A stretch of 64,000 bases of DNA, taken from the IMG/VR virus record IMGVR_UViG_3300007734_000753, positions 1 to 64,000 of that record, one strand, 5' to 3'. Positions within the stretch are counted from its first letter, which is position 1, and each line of letters opens with the position of its first letter. A program made the translations under genes and the position numbers. Below, piece by piece: positions 1 through 11,301 of this stretch. This DNA is from a virus. The notes under the pieces were generated by a model, which had not been told where the DNA came from, did no database searches, and saw only the letters and a list, made by a program, of their open reading frames with translations.

Positions 1-1
1 T

Positions 2-985
2 CCCACTAGAGATATAAACATACCTGATTCACAAATTGGCAGAAACGTTTGGGTAAAAAGACCAGTAAATATAGCCAACATACAATATACAACAGCTTCT
101 AATTTTATTGGCAACTATACAAAAAGCTATCAGTTTTACCAAACTAGTAATAGAAAAACAAACAACCCAGCGTTTGTACAAAGAGGCGGCTATAGTGTCC
201 AATACGTTGAATCAGTATATACTTCTGGAACTTACGACTATGCATTACCAAACCGTTCACTTCCTAACGGAACTTACGATCAATCTGTAATTGTTGAAAG
301 ATTCAGCGCCCCCGGTGGACCAGAAGTTATGTCAGAAGGCTTTTTAGATGCCGAGTCTGGACAATTTTCTGTTTACAATGCTTTGCCATATAGAAATTTA
401 TCTGTTCGTGTTCCCCTGACTAGCCTATTGAGTATTCCGATGGAAATACTTGGCGGTTATCAATCGGGTTCAACAGTTACTGCTTCTTATCACAAAACCA
501 ATCAAAACCCAAGAAGAGTCATGATTTATAGCAATGTTGTAACTCCAACATATGCTACATCTTCAGAAAAAGATAATGCCTTTATAAATCACTCGATACC
601 TAGAAGCGATTCGCAATATACTTGGATAACTGCCTCAATTGAGAAAACGAATCAAGAAATTTTATTCTTTCTAAATGTTTTGTCAATGTCAGTTACTAAC
701 GAACGAACATCATCTTATGATGGCGTAAATTCTTTTTATGGTTGGTCAACTTGGAGACAGATAAGAAACTATGAGAGAAGAAGTGCAACATATTTGAGAA
801 GAAATAATTTATTTGCTTCAAGTATTGGTAATCCTGCAACAGATACAGATGAAAATAATACAAGTCAAAATTCAAGAAATTATGTATTTACTATAAGTGA
901 TGCAAGGACTATAGTTCCTCTGACTATAAAATATAAACCAATAATTGCTACAATTGAATCTGAAGAAGGGGTGGCGAGAATATAA
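2..985 (+). CDS. Large virion structural protein, 5'-truncated by the window edge
   Basis: The frame of ORF 329..985 is open back to base 2 (PTRDINIPDSQIGRNVW...VIVERFSAPGGPEVMSEGFLD). Ser/Thr/Asn/Tyr-rich and in the structural block. Confidence 0.6.
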   Translation, partial: PTRDINIPDSQIGRNVWVKRPVNIANIQYTTASNFIGNYTKSYQFYQTSNRKTNNPAFVQRGGYSVQYVESVYTSGTYDYALPNRSLPNGTYDQSVIVERFSAPGGPEVMSEGFLDAESGQFSVYNALPYRNLSVRVPLTSLLSIPMEILGGYQSGSTVTASYHKTNQNPRRVMIYSNVVTPTYATSSEKDNAFINHSIPRSDSQYTWITASIEKTNQEILFFLNVLSMSVTNERTSSYDGVNSFYGWSTWRQIRNYERRSATYLRRNNLFASSIGNPATDTDENNTSQNSRNYVFTISDARTIVPLTIKYKPIIATIESEEGVARI

Positions 986-3720
986 TGGCTTTTGTACAAA
1001 AACAAAATACGGCTAAAAAAATATATAGATTGGTATTTTCGCACGATAACAACTATTGTTCCATGCCAACCTATCTTTACAATACTTCTAGCAATAAATT
1101 AGAAGCTTTTTCAGTCGATACAAATTTTCGCCTAAAAGATAAATCAGATTCGTTATTGTCTTATGTCGCAGAACTTGAACGACAAAAAAATGCAGGTTTG
1201 CAAAATAAAATTGATGTATTGAACATTTCTTTGCGCCAAACAATTTTTCCAAGAGAGGAAAATACATTTTTGAGCGGAACCATAAAAAGAGAAAATTATT
1301 CTTTTCCTTGGAAAGATTCTGCATCTGATAGGTATCTGAAGGTATCATCTTCACAACTTGATTCAACTACAATCAGTTATTTCAGCGCCTCTCCAAGTAC
1401 AAGACTTTTTTCTTATTGGCCAATGGATTGTAACATTGGCACGGCTCCCGCTGAAGCAAAATATGGCGAGCTTATGAATAAAGTCGAGGAAATTGTTTAT
1501 AACATTTTATACGCTAGATTCGGAAGAAATCTACTCGTCTCATCTTGTACGCCAGACAATGCCGTTCATATTCAAGCAGGAAAAGGTCCATTTCCAAATT
1601 CCTATGATGACTTCGTAAAAGATATAAAACTAATTTATAAGGACTATTCTGTTATTCCTGAATATACTTTTAGTGATAAGTTTAGAAACATTTTGGTATC
1701 TGGTTCTTCGATATATGATAACAGTTTCAATGTTTTGTCCTTACAAGGCTCTCCTTCTTATACAAATAATAATCTGTTCTTGGAAAGACATGTTCACAGC
1801 GATTATATAGAATCTTCCGGAGAAATACCAAGAGAATTTACAAACTATGATCTAAAGAAAATAAAAATTTCTGTAAATGGGGTAAAAAAGTTTTTACCCT
1901 ATGAAGGTTTATATCCACAGCAAAGAAGCTTACAATTATCAACTTTATTTTCACAATCAATAGCTCCAACCACAACTTTGAGTGGCGGTGGCACTTTTAG
2001 AACTGTTAGTAATTGGGTGTTTTCAAGAGGACTATATAACTCAATTCGTGCTGGAGTTGCTTGCGATATACCGCTTTGGAGATCTGGTGTGTTGAGCGAT
2101 ACTAGTACTTCATATGAACGTTTTCCATTTTTATCACTTATAAATCCAAATTCACAAATACAAAATGGATATGAAATTTATGACAACGAACCTTATAATG
2201 ATTCTTTTCCAAACAACATAATAGGCACAACCGCCAGCTTTGGTCAGTCAGATGGTATATATGATTTAGCAATAAACAACTTTGTAGCTGAAACTTGCAA
2301 CTTTTTTCTTGATGGCTCAAAGCTAACCACAATAAAATCAAAACCACGAAATGAGTGGAAGTTTGATTTTGGAAAGTATTCTTGTTTTGCAATGAACGTT
2401 GTTTTGAGAAAAAATTCTAACTTTACCAACCATGATGCTGTTGGATACTATGGTTATCCTTATAACTATTTTGCACCACCATATTATGGTCTTTATTCAA
2501 CCACCGCAACGACTCTATGGTCAACTGGCACAGTGGATTGTTCAATTGCACCAAGCGCTTCATGGTATGGAAATCGCGCAGTAGCAACAATTCTATTTGA
2601 TGCGTATAAGTGGTCACAAACAGTCCCTTCACAAGATAACATTCCAATTCCAACAATACAAGACATTATATCTTATAGCACCATATCTTTTGTGAATCAA
2701 AACATAAAAGATCAAGCAAGCAGCATACACTCCGCTGGTGCCTTCATGCCACTTACTGCTTCTGTAAATCTATTTGATTATTCAGAAAAGAAAGATCAAT
2801 GGAACATCCATACCATCTGGGAGTGTCCAGTACATAATTTTGTTGGTGTTTCAACATTGACCACTGCCAGCACAGATGGTGGAACGGGCGAGCGCCCCGG
2901 CAATGTACACAGGGGAACATGGCATCAATATAGCACGAACACTATTTCTGGACTAAGCTTGTCTTTGGAATACTCCAGTTCTATATCTGGCAGAGCAGAC
3001 AAGGTTGGCTCTTTGATAGAATCTTGCGGCTTTGATCTTGCTCCACAGAGAGTTGGAAACTTGGCAGACAAAAAGAGCGTCAAAGAATATGTCGTAGTTA
3101 TTCCATATATTGTTGATGATTGTGAAATTGAAAAATACTTCAAGATTCCATTGGATAAATTTGAGCAAGAATATAAAAGAGCGGATTTGACAGAAAATGA
3201 CAATTCCATTAGAGATATGATTAGAAAATCTAGGAAATGCGTATTGCCTCCTAGATTGAACTTTACTTATCACAGAGACAAGGTAAACCAAGAAATTTTG
3301 GACGAAGGAGGCTATTCAGATACATTGCCTCCGTTTGCAATGTATATATATGAATTTTCGTCTACTTTATCACGGCAAGATTTATCCAACATTTGGCAAG
3401 GAGTTTCGCCATCTTTATCAGACATCTCTGAATTTCAGAATGTAAACATAGAACATATAATAAGTGAGACTGAAGTGTTGAATCCTTCCAATTTGGAACC
3501 ATTTGGTGGTAATTTACCAGAAAATGTTAGATTCAAGGTATTCAAGGCAAAAGCACGTTCGTTGAGTTCTTATGAACAATTAGTCAAAAAAACAATCGGA
3601 GAACGATACGAGTCGGAAACTTATTCTTTCAATTGGCCATATGATTATTTTTCTTTGGTTGAAATGGCTAAAGTTGATGTGGAATTGTCTTATGAAGAAC
3701 AGACGGAAACACCACAATAA
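985..3720 (+). CDS. Large putative virion (baseplate/tail-associated) protein
   Basis: 911 aa, TAATG-coupled to the upstream ORF; S/T/Y-rich; C-terminal YSFNWPYDYFSLVEMAKVDVEL. Function inferred from context only. Confidence 0.5.
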   Translation: MAFVQKQNTAKKIYRLVFSHDNNYCSMPTYLYNTSSNKLEAFSVDTNFRLKDKSDSLLSYVAELERQKNAGLQNKIDVLNISLRQTIFPREENTFLSGTIKRENYSFPWKDSASDRYLKVSSSQLDSTTISYFSASPSTRLFSYWPMDCNIGTAPAEAKYGELMNKVEEIVYNILYARFGRNLLVSSCTPDNAVHIQAGKGPFPNSYDDFVKDIKLIYKDYSVIPEYTFSDKFRNILVSGSSIYDNSFNVLSLQGSPSYTNNNLFLERHVHSDYIESSGEIPREFTNYDLKKIKISVNGVKKFLPYEGLYPQQRSLQLSTLFSQSIAPTTTLSGGGTFRTVSNWVFSRGLYNSIRAGVACDIPLWRSGVLSDTSTSYERFPFLSLINPNSQIQNGYEIYDNEPYNDSFPNNIIGTTASFGQSDGIYDLAINNFVAETCNFFLDGSKLTTIKSKPRNEWKFDFGKYSCFAMNVVLRKNSNFTNHDAVGYYGYPYNYFAPPYYGLYSTTATTLWSTGTVDCSIAPSASWYGNRAVATILFDAYKWSQTVPSQDNIPIPTIQDIISYSTISFVNQNIKDQASSIHSAGAFMPLTASVNLFDYSEKKDQWNIHTIWECPVHNFVGVSTLTTASTDGGTGERPGNVHRGTWHQYSTNTISGLSLSLEYSSSISGRADKVGSLIESCGFDLAPQRVGNLADKKSVKEYVVVIPYIVDDCEIEKYFKIPLDKFEQEYKRADLTENDNSIRDMIRKSRKCVLPPRLNFTYHRDKVNQEILDEGGYSDTLPPFAMYIYEFSSTLSRQDLSNIWQGVSPSLSDISEFQNVNIEHIISETEVLNPSNLEPFGGNLPENVRFKVFKAKARSLSSYEQLVKKTIGERYESETYSFNWPYDYFSLVEMAKVDVELSYEEQTETPQ

Positions 3721-3744
3721 ACTAAATACTAATAGGACTTACTG

Positions 3745-4557
3745 ATGGAATTCTTCAACCAAAAAGAAGAAGTGCTTGATCTGGTGCTAACCACACGCGG
3801 CAAAGAACTTTTTACTCAAGGTAAATTCAAGCCACATGGTTATAAATTTTTTGATAACGAGACGGTTTATGAAGCCGAAAATGGCGAGCAACAAAACTCT
3901 ATAGTCTCAAGAATAAAAACAACTCCTTATCTAAAACAGGAAGTACCAAACGATTTTATTCCTAGTAAAGTAAATGTTTCAATTGTTGCACCTTATGGTT
4001 ATATCAACAATGCGGATTTATCAAATGAATTAGGGCAAAGCGATCAATTTACTGAGTATGCGCCATCATGGAATATACAATTCTTAGAATCTTCAGCGTC
4101 ATATAAAAGCGCTTTTCTGTCAGCAAGTATATCTGGCAAAACAAAATTAGACGAAAGAATTCCTCAGTTCAACATAAATGTAAATTATAAAGTTGCTTTG
4201 GTATATGCATATTATGACGAACAAAAGCAACAATACTTTTATAGTGAACAATATAAAGATAAATTCAACTATGTACAGTTAGTTTTACAAAAAGAATCTA
4301 ACGATGTTTTTGTGAAAGCACTAGAAAATAACTCTTTCTTACCAACTGAAAAACAAGAGCTTACTTTACAAATGTATCAATACAAAAATGTAAATGGTTA
4401 TCAGCAAGAACTAAAGCCAGTGAATTTAGATCCCTTACAAGAAGATTCTTATTCTAAATACTTCACAATTCTTTTTGATGATGTAGCTGAAGAATCTAGT
4501 AAGTTCAACACAAAGAATATATACGGAGAACCAGAAACAGAAAATGTTTGTGAATAA
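3745..4557 (+). CDS. Putative structural protein, N-terminal paralog of 9223..10173
   Basis: EVLDLVLTTRGKELFTQGKFK...FFDNET resembles ITLDAVLTDVGRKRLAQGNGSFKITQFALGDDE of ORF 9223. Confidence 0.55.
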   Translation: MEFFNQKEEVLDLVLTTRGKELFTQGKFKPHGYKFFDNETVYEAENGEQQNSIVSRIKTTPYLKQEVPNDFIPSKVNVSIVAPYGYINNADLSNELGQSDQFTEYAPSWNIQFLESSASYKSAFLSASISGKTKLDERIPQFNINVNYKVALVYAYYDEQKQQYFYSEQYKDKFNYVQLVLQKESNDVFVKALENNSFLPTEKQELTLQMYQYKNVNGYQQELKPVNLDPLQEDSYSKYFTILFDDVAEESSKFNTKNIYGEPETENVCE

Positions 4558-6766
4558 TCTAAAAATAGAAAATGACACTGGTTTTGCCTTATTTATTGGT
4601 AACGTATCAATAAATAAATATAGTATTCATTTGGATAGAATTTCTATTGAAGGTGTCATAAATGCAGATGAAAATCTTCTAGAAGAAAAGCCAACAATTG
4701 CCAGAATTTTATTTGCTAATAATGAGCGCGACTATGCCGACTCTCTAGCAAATGACAATATATTTGCACCATCTCAATTTTATTATAAAGATCAAGAACT
4801 AGTCGTTGATGGAAAGAACTTTTCACAAAGAACTATTAGTGGCAACAATTTTTTCTTTGAGATTCCTTATACATCAAATTTGGAAAATACAAAAATAATT
4901 ATTTCTTTTATTTCATCATTTCAAGATAGAAATGAAATAAATTATTATCAAAGTTCCGTTTCCGCTCTTCTATCCAGCGATTTGATAATCAACAAGGAGG
5001 TTTCCGATAAAACATACCTCCCAATCATGTTTGATGATAAATTTTTATTAGAACAAACCCCAGTACAGAGCACCGAGGAAAAACCTTATCTATCTGATGT
5101 GTTTTACAATTTAGACGCAAACAATAACTTCTCTGCAAATGTTTTTTATAATGTTGAAAGCTTTTTCAAGTCAAGAGTCATATTTCATAATTTGATAAAT
5201 TTCCCTGACTTTGACAATTATTTTATTGCAAATTATATTGTTTTAGTTGAGCCAAGCTTACTAAAAGATGAAAACATCTTACCACTATCTTATGAAGTTT
5301 CAGCAAACGCTTTCCTAGAAAGTGGAAAGGCAAACAAAGCTATCATTGTTTCTTCTCCAAGCATAGATACTATAAAATACGATGAAAGTTCTCTGAATAT
5401 AAAATTCACCTATAATGAGAGTAGCACTCAATATATTATAAACAATGTTATACCCTTATTTGACAATCTTACATCGGCAACAAAAGAGGGAACAAACCTT
5501 TCTAGTTTTATAAGAGCTTTAGCGCTTTATAAAATAGCTAGAGAAACAAATTCCAACAGAGAGTCAATAAATACTCTTTTGTCATTTTTAGACGCAAATA
5601 ATGCGATTGCATTAGATAAACAAAATGTACAAGAGCTATTGCATATTTTAGATGTTGCAAAACAAAAATACGTGACAGCCATTTCCGGTTTAGAAACAGG
5701 AAATTTAGCGAACACTCAATATACAATAACAAGCGAGCAGAAATTAGATCTAAAATATAATAACGCCAGAGTTAGCTTTACAGATCTTATATCAAACAAT
5801 TCTAATTTTCCAATATATTCTAGTTCAAGTTTTGCTGGTTCTTTTACAAACGAAGTATCTAGATTTTTTGGAACAAGCACTCCAACTGTTGATGAAACAA
5901 CTATAGATTTCAATTCTTTGAGAGTTTCATTTGCGGCAAATACAATAAATCTGACTGGTCAAGAAACTTATAAAAATGCCTTTGATTTCAATCTCTATGT
6001 TTCATCCTCTATCTCTGAAGATGTGCTAACAAGAAACTCTTATGATTTCACAAAAGTGTTGTCATACTTTTCTTTGGGAAGACAACAAAAAGTTGTAAAT
6101 GCGTATGATTTTAGAAATTTGCTAGTAAGCAGTTTGGCATACAACAACTTGACTGTTGAAAGAAGAACACAGAGCGCAATAGCAAAAAACTTACCAAGTT
6201 TCACAGTTTCACAAAGAGACGACGTGAATTCATATAATTCATTTCCAACAAACATGAGAAATGATGTATGTCTGGATACAACCGAAAGACAAATCCCAGA
6301 AAGCATCATCGCAAGAGAATCGGCAGAAGATATACCAGAAAATTTGCTAAATAACATTTCAACAAACTATTCAATAAAAAATAATAATTTTTACTCAAAT
6401 AGCTACAAAAATGTATCTGTAAGTTCTGAATTGCCAGTGCAAGTTTTGTATCCATATTCACAATTTGCAGAAAGAACAAATACATTATTCTCTGAGCAAG
6501 AACCAGTTGTTGCAAACAGTAAATTATTTTCTATTTTTTATACCAACTTTAGATTGTTATCATCTGTGGAGTATTTAGATGACTTGACTGACGGCATGTT
6601 TGCGACTTGGAAACCATTGACTTTTAGTACGATAAATAAGCTCGCAATCTCACAAAGAATTTTTTGCAGGTTTAGTTTTTATCGCAATTCAGAGGTTGAT
6701 ATATTAGAACAAGATTTCGATCAGTTTTCTATTTATAATAAGCATTTCTATATAGAGGCGCAATAG
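4544..6766 (+). CDS. Hypothetical protein, probably virion-associated
   Basis: 740 aa ORF overlapping the upstream gene; no recognisable motif. Confidence 0.45.
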   Translation: MFVNNLKIENDTGFALFIGNVSINKYSIHLDRISIEGVINADENLLEEKPTIARILFANNERDYADSLANDNIFAPSQFYYKDQELVVDGKNFSQRTISGNNFFFEIPYTSNLENTKIIISFISSFQDRNEINYYQSSVSALLSSDLIINKEVSDKTYLPIMFDDKFLLEQTPVQSTEEKPYLSDVFYNLDANNNFSANVFYNVESFFKSRVIFHNLINFPDFDNYFIANYIVLVEPSLLKDENILPLSYEVSANAFLESGKANKAIIVSSPSIDTIKYDESSLNIKFTYNESSTQYIINNVIPLFDNLTSATKEGTNLSSFIRALALYKIARETNSNRESINTLLSFLDANNAIALDKQNVQELLHILDVAKQKYVTAISGLETGNLANTQYTITSEQKLDLKYNNARVSFTDLISNNSNFPIYSSSSFAGSFTNEVSRFFGTSTPTVDETTIDFNSLRVSFAANTINLTGQETYKNAFDFNLYVSSSISEDVLTRNSYDFTKVLSYFSLGRQQKVVNAYDFRNLLVSSLAYNNLTVERRTQSAIAKNLPSFTVSQRDDVNSYNSFPTNMRNDVCLDTTERQIPESIIARESAEDIPENLLNNISTNYSIKNNNFYSNSYKNVSVSSELPVQVLYPYSQFAERTNTLFSEQEPVVANSKLFSIFYTNFRLLSSVEYLDDLTDGMFATWKPLTFSTINKLAISQRIFCRFSFYRNSEVDILEQDFDQFSIYNKHFYIEAQ

Positions 6767-6769
6767 TTT

Positions 6770-9172
6770 ATGGCAAAACCATCTTCAACAAATCCAACAA
6801 CAGCCACCGAACTCGGCAAACAAATAGATAAAGCGTCTCAACAAACTGTCATTGAGGCAAAAATTGAACAACTAAAAGAAAAAGCCCCGGCGTACAATAA
6901 AATTACAGTCTTTTTTGATTCTCATATTTATACTAAACCAACAGCGCAAAGCGCCTATGATGTTCCTTCGATTTATAAAGTAACAGATAACAAAAATGCT
7001 TTACTAAAACTTTCTGATTTACAAAAAGTAAGTGTAGATGAAAAAAATATATTCTTGAATTATAACAAATTTATCCTTTCTATTGGTTCTGAATTTGATA
7101 TAAAACTTGGTGTTTCTAATAGAAAATTTGATAAATTCAAGAACATTGTTGAAAAAATGTTTGAGTTCTACTATGAAAATAATCTAGAGACAACTTTTTC
7201 CATAGAGACAACACAGCAAAATTTTACTTTCGGGAATCTAATTGCTTCAGGCAATTTATCAAAAAGCCAGCTTCTTGATTGTTCTGTAGCCGCTCTTTCT
7301 TTAGAATCTGGAACTCTTTCCATAAGATTTCCAATTGGTTTTGTTATAAACAAATATAATGGAAAAAAAGATAGTCAAAGCACAATTGATGCTCCACTAC
7401 AGAAATTTTTCATATCACTAAATGACATAAATTACGCGAATTCCGTTCCAGTTACTAATGGTATTTTTTATGATGGTCAAATCGCAGTTGATGGAACATA
7501 TTCTTATTTTGTGCAAACAGTGGATTTGATTATAAATTATGTAAAAGACGTGCCTCAAAGCGTAACCTTTATAACAGAATACAAAGAGCAAAATTTTTCT
7601 TCTTATGATGCTTCCGTCCCTCCAATGCCTCCAAGCGTTGATATAAGGAATTATGCCAATGCAAATAACAAACTTCTTATACTTCTAAATGTCAACGAAG
7701 GATCAGACGCCTTCAAGGCAAAAGACATAAATCTTTTTACACAAAAACAAAAAGATCTTTTTGCCAAAATATATAAAGATAAAGGAATAAATTATCCAAA
7801 CAATGACTATATTTTTTCATATAGTCAAAACCAAGAGAGATTTTTCCTTGTTTATAGAGTGGATTCTAGACCAACTTCATATGATCAAATAATTTTAGAA
7901 AAGAACATCATAAAAAAACTAGACATACAAAAGTTAGAAAATTCTTTTGATGATAAGATTAGTCCAAACAAAAAGTATTATTACTGCTTTTTAGTGCAAG
8001 ATTCTTCTGGAATACTATCTGACGCCAGCCTTGTATACGAAACCGAAATGGTTGATCAGGGTGGAACTGTTTATCTAAAACAAAGCGCATTTATACCAGA
8101 ACTAAAAACTAATTTTATTTCAGCTAAAGATTTTCAAGATAGAGTAAGAATCTTTCCAATAGACGCACAGATAAACATACCAGATAAATTACAACAATAT
8201 GTTGAACTAATTTATGATGGGGATGATAATAAATATAATTTAGCTTATCCCGGCGTATTAGATTTTATATCTAATAAACTTGGTTTCAAGTCCAAAACAG
8301 TAAAAACTCCAGTTATTACTCAGGAATTTATTCCACCTTTGTTGCAACAAACTCCAATTGTTATTACCCAAGAATTTATCCCGCCTTTATTGCAAGCACA
8401 AGGTGCTCAATTTACTGGGCAAAGCCAAGTAACGGAATCTGAAGAGATAGCAGCACAAGCTGGACTACAAATTCAACAAAATGCCGCTAATGAATTACCA
8501 CCAAAATTTGTAACTACTTTAGATTTATTATCTGTAAATCCGGTTTTGTTAGGCTTTTCGTTGGAACTAGAACCAAGCGAAGCTGGTCAAGAAATAAATA
8601 CCATAGCAGAAACTCTAAAAAATAAAGTTCTCAAGTTCGTAACTGCCGAACAAGCGCAAGCAAATTTTGAGAAATTTTTACAAGACAATTTTGCTTTCTT
8701 TTCTAAAACAACCCAAGGTAATAATACTGTTTGGTCTGATATAGCTTCTGATAGACTCAAAAATAAAACATTAGACTCAAATAAAGAAATGGAATTTTTA
8801 TCAGAACAGATAAAACAATTATTTTCTTATATAGTAAAAAACCCCAACGAACCATTGACTATACAAAAGCAAAACTCTTTAGAGATTCTTGTGACAAAGT
8901 TTTTCGAGATAGCATCTACGCTTTTATTTATTAATATTTTGACAGTAAAATTTACTTACAACAAGAAGCTGTCAGAAGTTATTTTGCCATTAGAAACAAT
9001 GTTCAGCAATAATAATAATGTCGTTTATAAAGTAAGAGTGGAGAGCCAAAATTCCAAAAAGAAATTTGATCTAAACATTACTTATAATTTGCAAATTTCC
9101 GAAAAAATTCAACTTTTACAAAATTCTGGAATAACAAAGCAATTTGAGGTTCTAAAATCAGAACCATACTAA
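6770..9172 (+). CDS. Hypothetical protein, probably virion-associated, with an FnIII-like segment
   Basis: 800 aa; PPMPPSV...FLVYR...FDDKISPNKKYYYCF pattern is typical of FnIII-like beta-sandwiches; carries an internal tandem peptide repeat. Confidence 0.45.
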   Translation: MAKPSSTNPTTATELGKQIDKASQQTVIEAKIEQLKEKAPAYNKITVFFDSHIYTKPTAQSAYDVPSIYKVTDNKNALLKLSDLQKVSVDEKNIFLNYNKFILSIGSEFDIKLGVSNRKFDKFKNIVEKMFEFYYENNLETTFSIETTQQNFTFGNLIASGNLSKSQLLDCSVAALSLESGTLSIRFPIGFVINKYNGKKDSQSTIDAPLQKFFISLNDINYANSVPVTNGIFYDGQIAVDGTYSYFVQTVDLIINYVKDVPQSVTFITEYKEQNFSSYDASVPPMPPSVDIRNYANANNKLLILLNVNEGSDAFKAKDINLFTQKQKDLFAKIYKDKGINYPNNDYIFSYSQNQERFFLVYRVDSRPTSYDQIILEKNIIKKLDIQKLENSFDDKISPNKKYYYCFLVQDSSGILSDASLVYETEMVDQGGTVYLKQSAFIPELKTNFISAKDFQDRVRIFPIDAQINIPDKLQQYVELIYDGDDNKYNLAYPGVLDFISNKLGFKSKTVKTPVITQEFIPPLLQQTPIVITQEFIPPLLQAQGAQFTGQSQVTESEEIAAQAGLQIQQNAANELPPKFVTTLDLLSVNPVLLGFSLELEPSEAGQEINTIAETLKNKVLKFVTAEQAQANFEKFLQDNFAFFSKTTQGNNTVWSDIASDRLKNKTLDSNKEMEFLSEQIKQLFSYIVKNPNEPLTIQKQNSLEILVTKFFEIASTLLFINILTVKFTYNKKLSEVILPLETMFSNNNNVVYKVRVESQNSKKKFDLNITYNLQISEKIQLLQNSGITKQFEVLKSEPY
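8306..8395 (+). repeat. In-frame tandem duplication TP(I)VITQEFIPPLLQ x2
   Basis: The two copies match in protein but differ at third codon positions (cag gaa ttt att cca cct ttg vs caa gaa ttt atc ccg cct tta). Confidence 0.85.
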
Positions 9173-9192
9173 AAGCAAATAAATTTCAAGCT

Positions 9193-9201
9193 ACTATTTA
9201 C
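9193..9201 (+). promoter_or_regulatory. Late promoter motif ACTATTTAC
   Basis: Recurrent intergenic ACTATTTA motif, followed by an AGGAG SD and the ATG at 9223. Confidence 0.7.
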
Positions 9202-9222
9202 ATTTAGGATTAGGAGAACAAA

Positions 9223-10173
9223 ATGGCATTTTTAGATAACAATATAATCACATTGGATGCAGTTCTAACTGATGTTGGCAGAAAAAGACTTGCACAAGGC
9301 AACGGTTCTTTCAAGATTACTCAATTTGCTTTGGGCGATGATGAAATAAATTATGGTCTTTACAACCCCAACAATACAAGTGGTTCTGCTTACTATGACC
9401 TAAACATTTTGCAAACTCCAGTGTTTGAGGCAATTACAAATGCTAGTACGGCACTCAAATATAACTTAGTGACATTGAACAACAATACAACACTATATTT
9501 GCCAGTTCTAAAACTAAACACTCTTCTATCAGGTAAATCTCAATACAATGGCTCTTATGTCGTTATTGCTAATGACACCGCCTATACAACAATAGTTGGC
9601 TCAAGCAATACAAGCCCATTGACAAATCAAGTTGGATTTACTGATGGTCGCGGTATTACAACAACTAATCCATCTGGCGCTCCAACGATTGTTGTTCAAG
9701 TTGATCAAGGCATAGACAATGCTGGTGCTGGTGGTGCAAGTAGCGCTTTGCCAGTCGATCTTACTGAAACTCAATTTGCTGTTTATGTGAACAATCTATT
9801 CCTAGAGCCAGTTGACTTCTCTGGTGTTCCAGCGACTTCTATTGTAACCAACAATGTATTCAACTCTCTAGATAATACAGCGGTTTATAACTTCACAACT
9901 TCAACCGCGATTCCATATTTTACAGATGCTCCAGTTAGCAACCTTTCTCCAGTAGCAGGACCAAAAGGAACTTCTTTCCAATTTGGCGTGAAAGGTTCTT
10001 CAACTCTATTGAATAACTTGAGCTATTACTTCAACAAGTATGGTGTTTCACAAACTAACTTTGCAAGCGTTTCTGGCTTGAACGTAAAAGTTATTAGCAC
10101 TTCTGTAAAGATAAAAGGCATTTCGCTCGGCTACGAACTAAACATACCAATTCAATTGATAGCACAACTATAA
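9223..10173 (+). CDS. Virion structural protein (baseplate/tail-fibre collar-like N-terminus)
   Basis: LDAVLTDVGRKRLAQG...ITQFALGDDEINY resembles tail-collar/baseplate N-termini; preceded by the late motif and an SD. Confidence 0.6.
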   Translation: MAFLDNNIITLDAVLTDVGRKRLAQGNGSFKITQFALGDDEINYGLYNPNNTSGSAYYDLNILQTPVFEAITNASTALKYNLVTLNNNTTLYLPVLKLNTLLSGKSQYNGSYVVIANDTAYTTIVGSSNTSPLTNQVGFTDGRGITTTNPSGAPTIVVQVDQGIDNAGAGGASSALPVDLTETQFAVYVNNLFLEPVDFSGVPATSIVTNNVFNSLDNTAVYNFTTSTAIPYFTDAPVSNLSPVAGPKGTSFQFGVKGSSTLLNNLSYYFNKYGVSQTNFASVSGLNVKVISTSVKIKGISLGYELNIPIQLIAQL

Positions 10174-10192
10174 TAAGGATACGGAGTAAAAC

Positions 10193-11269
10193 ATGGCAAA
10201 CGTTTATAAATCAATTGGCGATTCTTCCCAAACAAAAACAGATTTGTATGAAAGCATTTCTATTTCTAGCTCTGTAACTTTAGGATACAGCAATAACAAT
10301 TGGAAAACCTACTCTCATGGTATGTTTACCACAGTTTATGATTATCCTTATTTGAGTTCTTCAGCTAATCAATTGTTTGATGTTACAATAGCAAACAGAG
10401 ATGGTTCATCATATGAGCCTTCTTCTAGCGCTCAATTTGCCACACAAAAACAAAATCTTTATGTGCAATACGAACAGATGTTGTTTGGTTATAATGCCAG
10501 CGGTTCTTTGATTCCAATCAATGCAAGCGGTTCACTTACACCAGCTTCTGGTGATTATATAAACAATCCCATATTCTTGAATTTCTCTAGATTGCTAACA
10601 AAAGACGAAATAAAGAAAGGTACTTTTACAATCACCGTAGATAGAACAGGCAGTTACACAAGCGTCCTCACCAGCGCAACTCCCCGTCTAACTTTATCAG
10701 ACTATGCTGCAACGGGTTCTAATCCTACTTTCTATACAAACTCCCCAGCGGGCGAGTATGGTATTCTTTATAGAACTCCAACCGCTTTAGAAACTTTACC
10801 CGGTTTGGAAAGAGGATTGATTTTTTATCAAGCTGGCGTTGTAGTATTAGATGGAAATAAGCTTTTTGATACAAGCTATGATGGCGGAACAATGAATTTT
10901 ACATCTGCTTCATCTGGTTATAGAACATACGAGCAGTCAATCGTTTCTTCTTCAATAGATCAATTAGCATCTGGCTCAATCAGAAGAATTAGCTCTGTCT
11001 CTTTCAATAATACCACTGAATTGAACTCAACAATTTATTTCTGCAGAGTAAACAATACAGATTTCAATTATAGCGCCAATCCTTCTTATTTGAGTTCAAG
11101 CCAAATTATTGTAAAAAACAATAATGCGAATAATGATCCCGCCTCTTACATCACAACAATTGGCTTGTATTCGCCAGATAATGAACTATTAGCTGTTGCT
11201 AAACTTTCACAACCAGTGAAGAAAACTCCAGCAGAAGAAGTAACATTTAGAGTTCGTTTGGATTACTAA
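10193..11269 (+). CDS. Virion structural protein with a tail-collar-like C-terminus
   Basis: C-terminal YITTIGLYSPDNELLAVAKLSQPVKK...FRVRLDY; paralog of 11302. Confidence 0.6.
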   Translation: MANVYKSIGDSSQTKTDLYESISISSSVTLGYSNNNWKTYSHGMFTTVYDYPYLSSSANQLFDVTIANRDGSSYEPSSSAQFATQKQNLYVQYEQMLFGYNASGSLIPINASGSLTPASGDYINNPIFLNFSRLLTKDEIKKGTFTITVDRTGSYTSVLTSATPRLTLSDYAATGSNPTFYTNSPAGEYGILYRTPTALETLPGLERGLIFYQAGVVVLDGNKLFDTSYDGGTMNFTSASSGYRTYEQSIVSSSIDQLASGSIRRISSVSFNNTTELNSTIYFCRVNNTDFNYSANPSYLSSSQIIVKNNNANNDPASYITTIGLYSPDNELLAVAKLSQPVKKTPAEEVTFRVRLDY

Positions 11270-11301
11270 AACAATAGTTTCAGTATTGACTACTTATTGT
11301 A

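Noticed and set aside
108-290. 60-aa ORF at the window start
   Set aside because: It overlaps the longer open frame 2..985, which carries the plausible protein.
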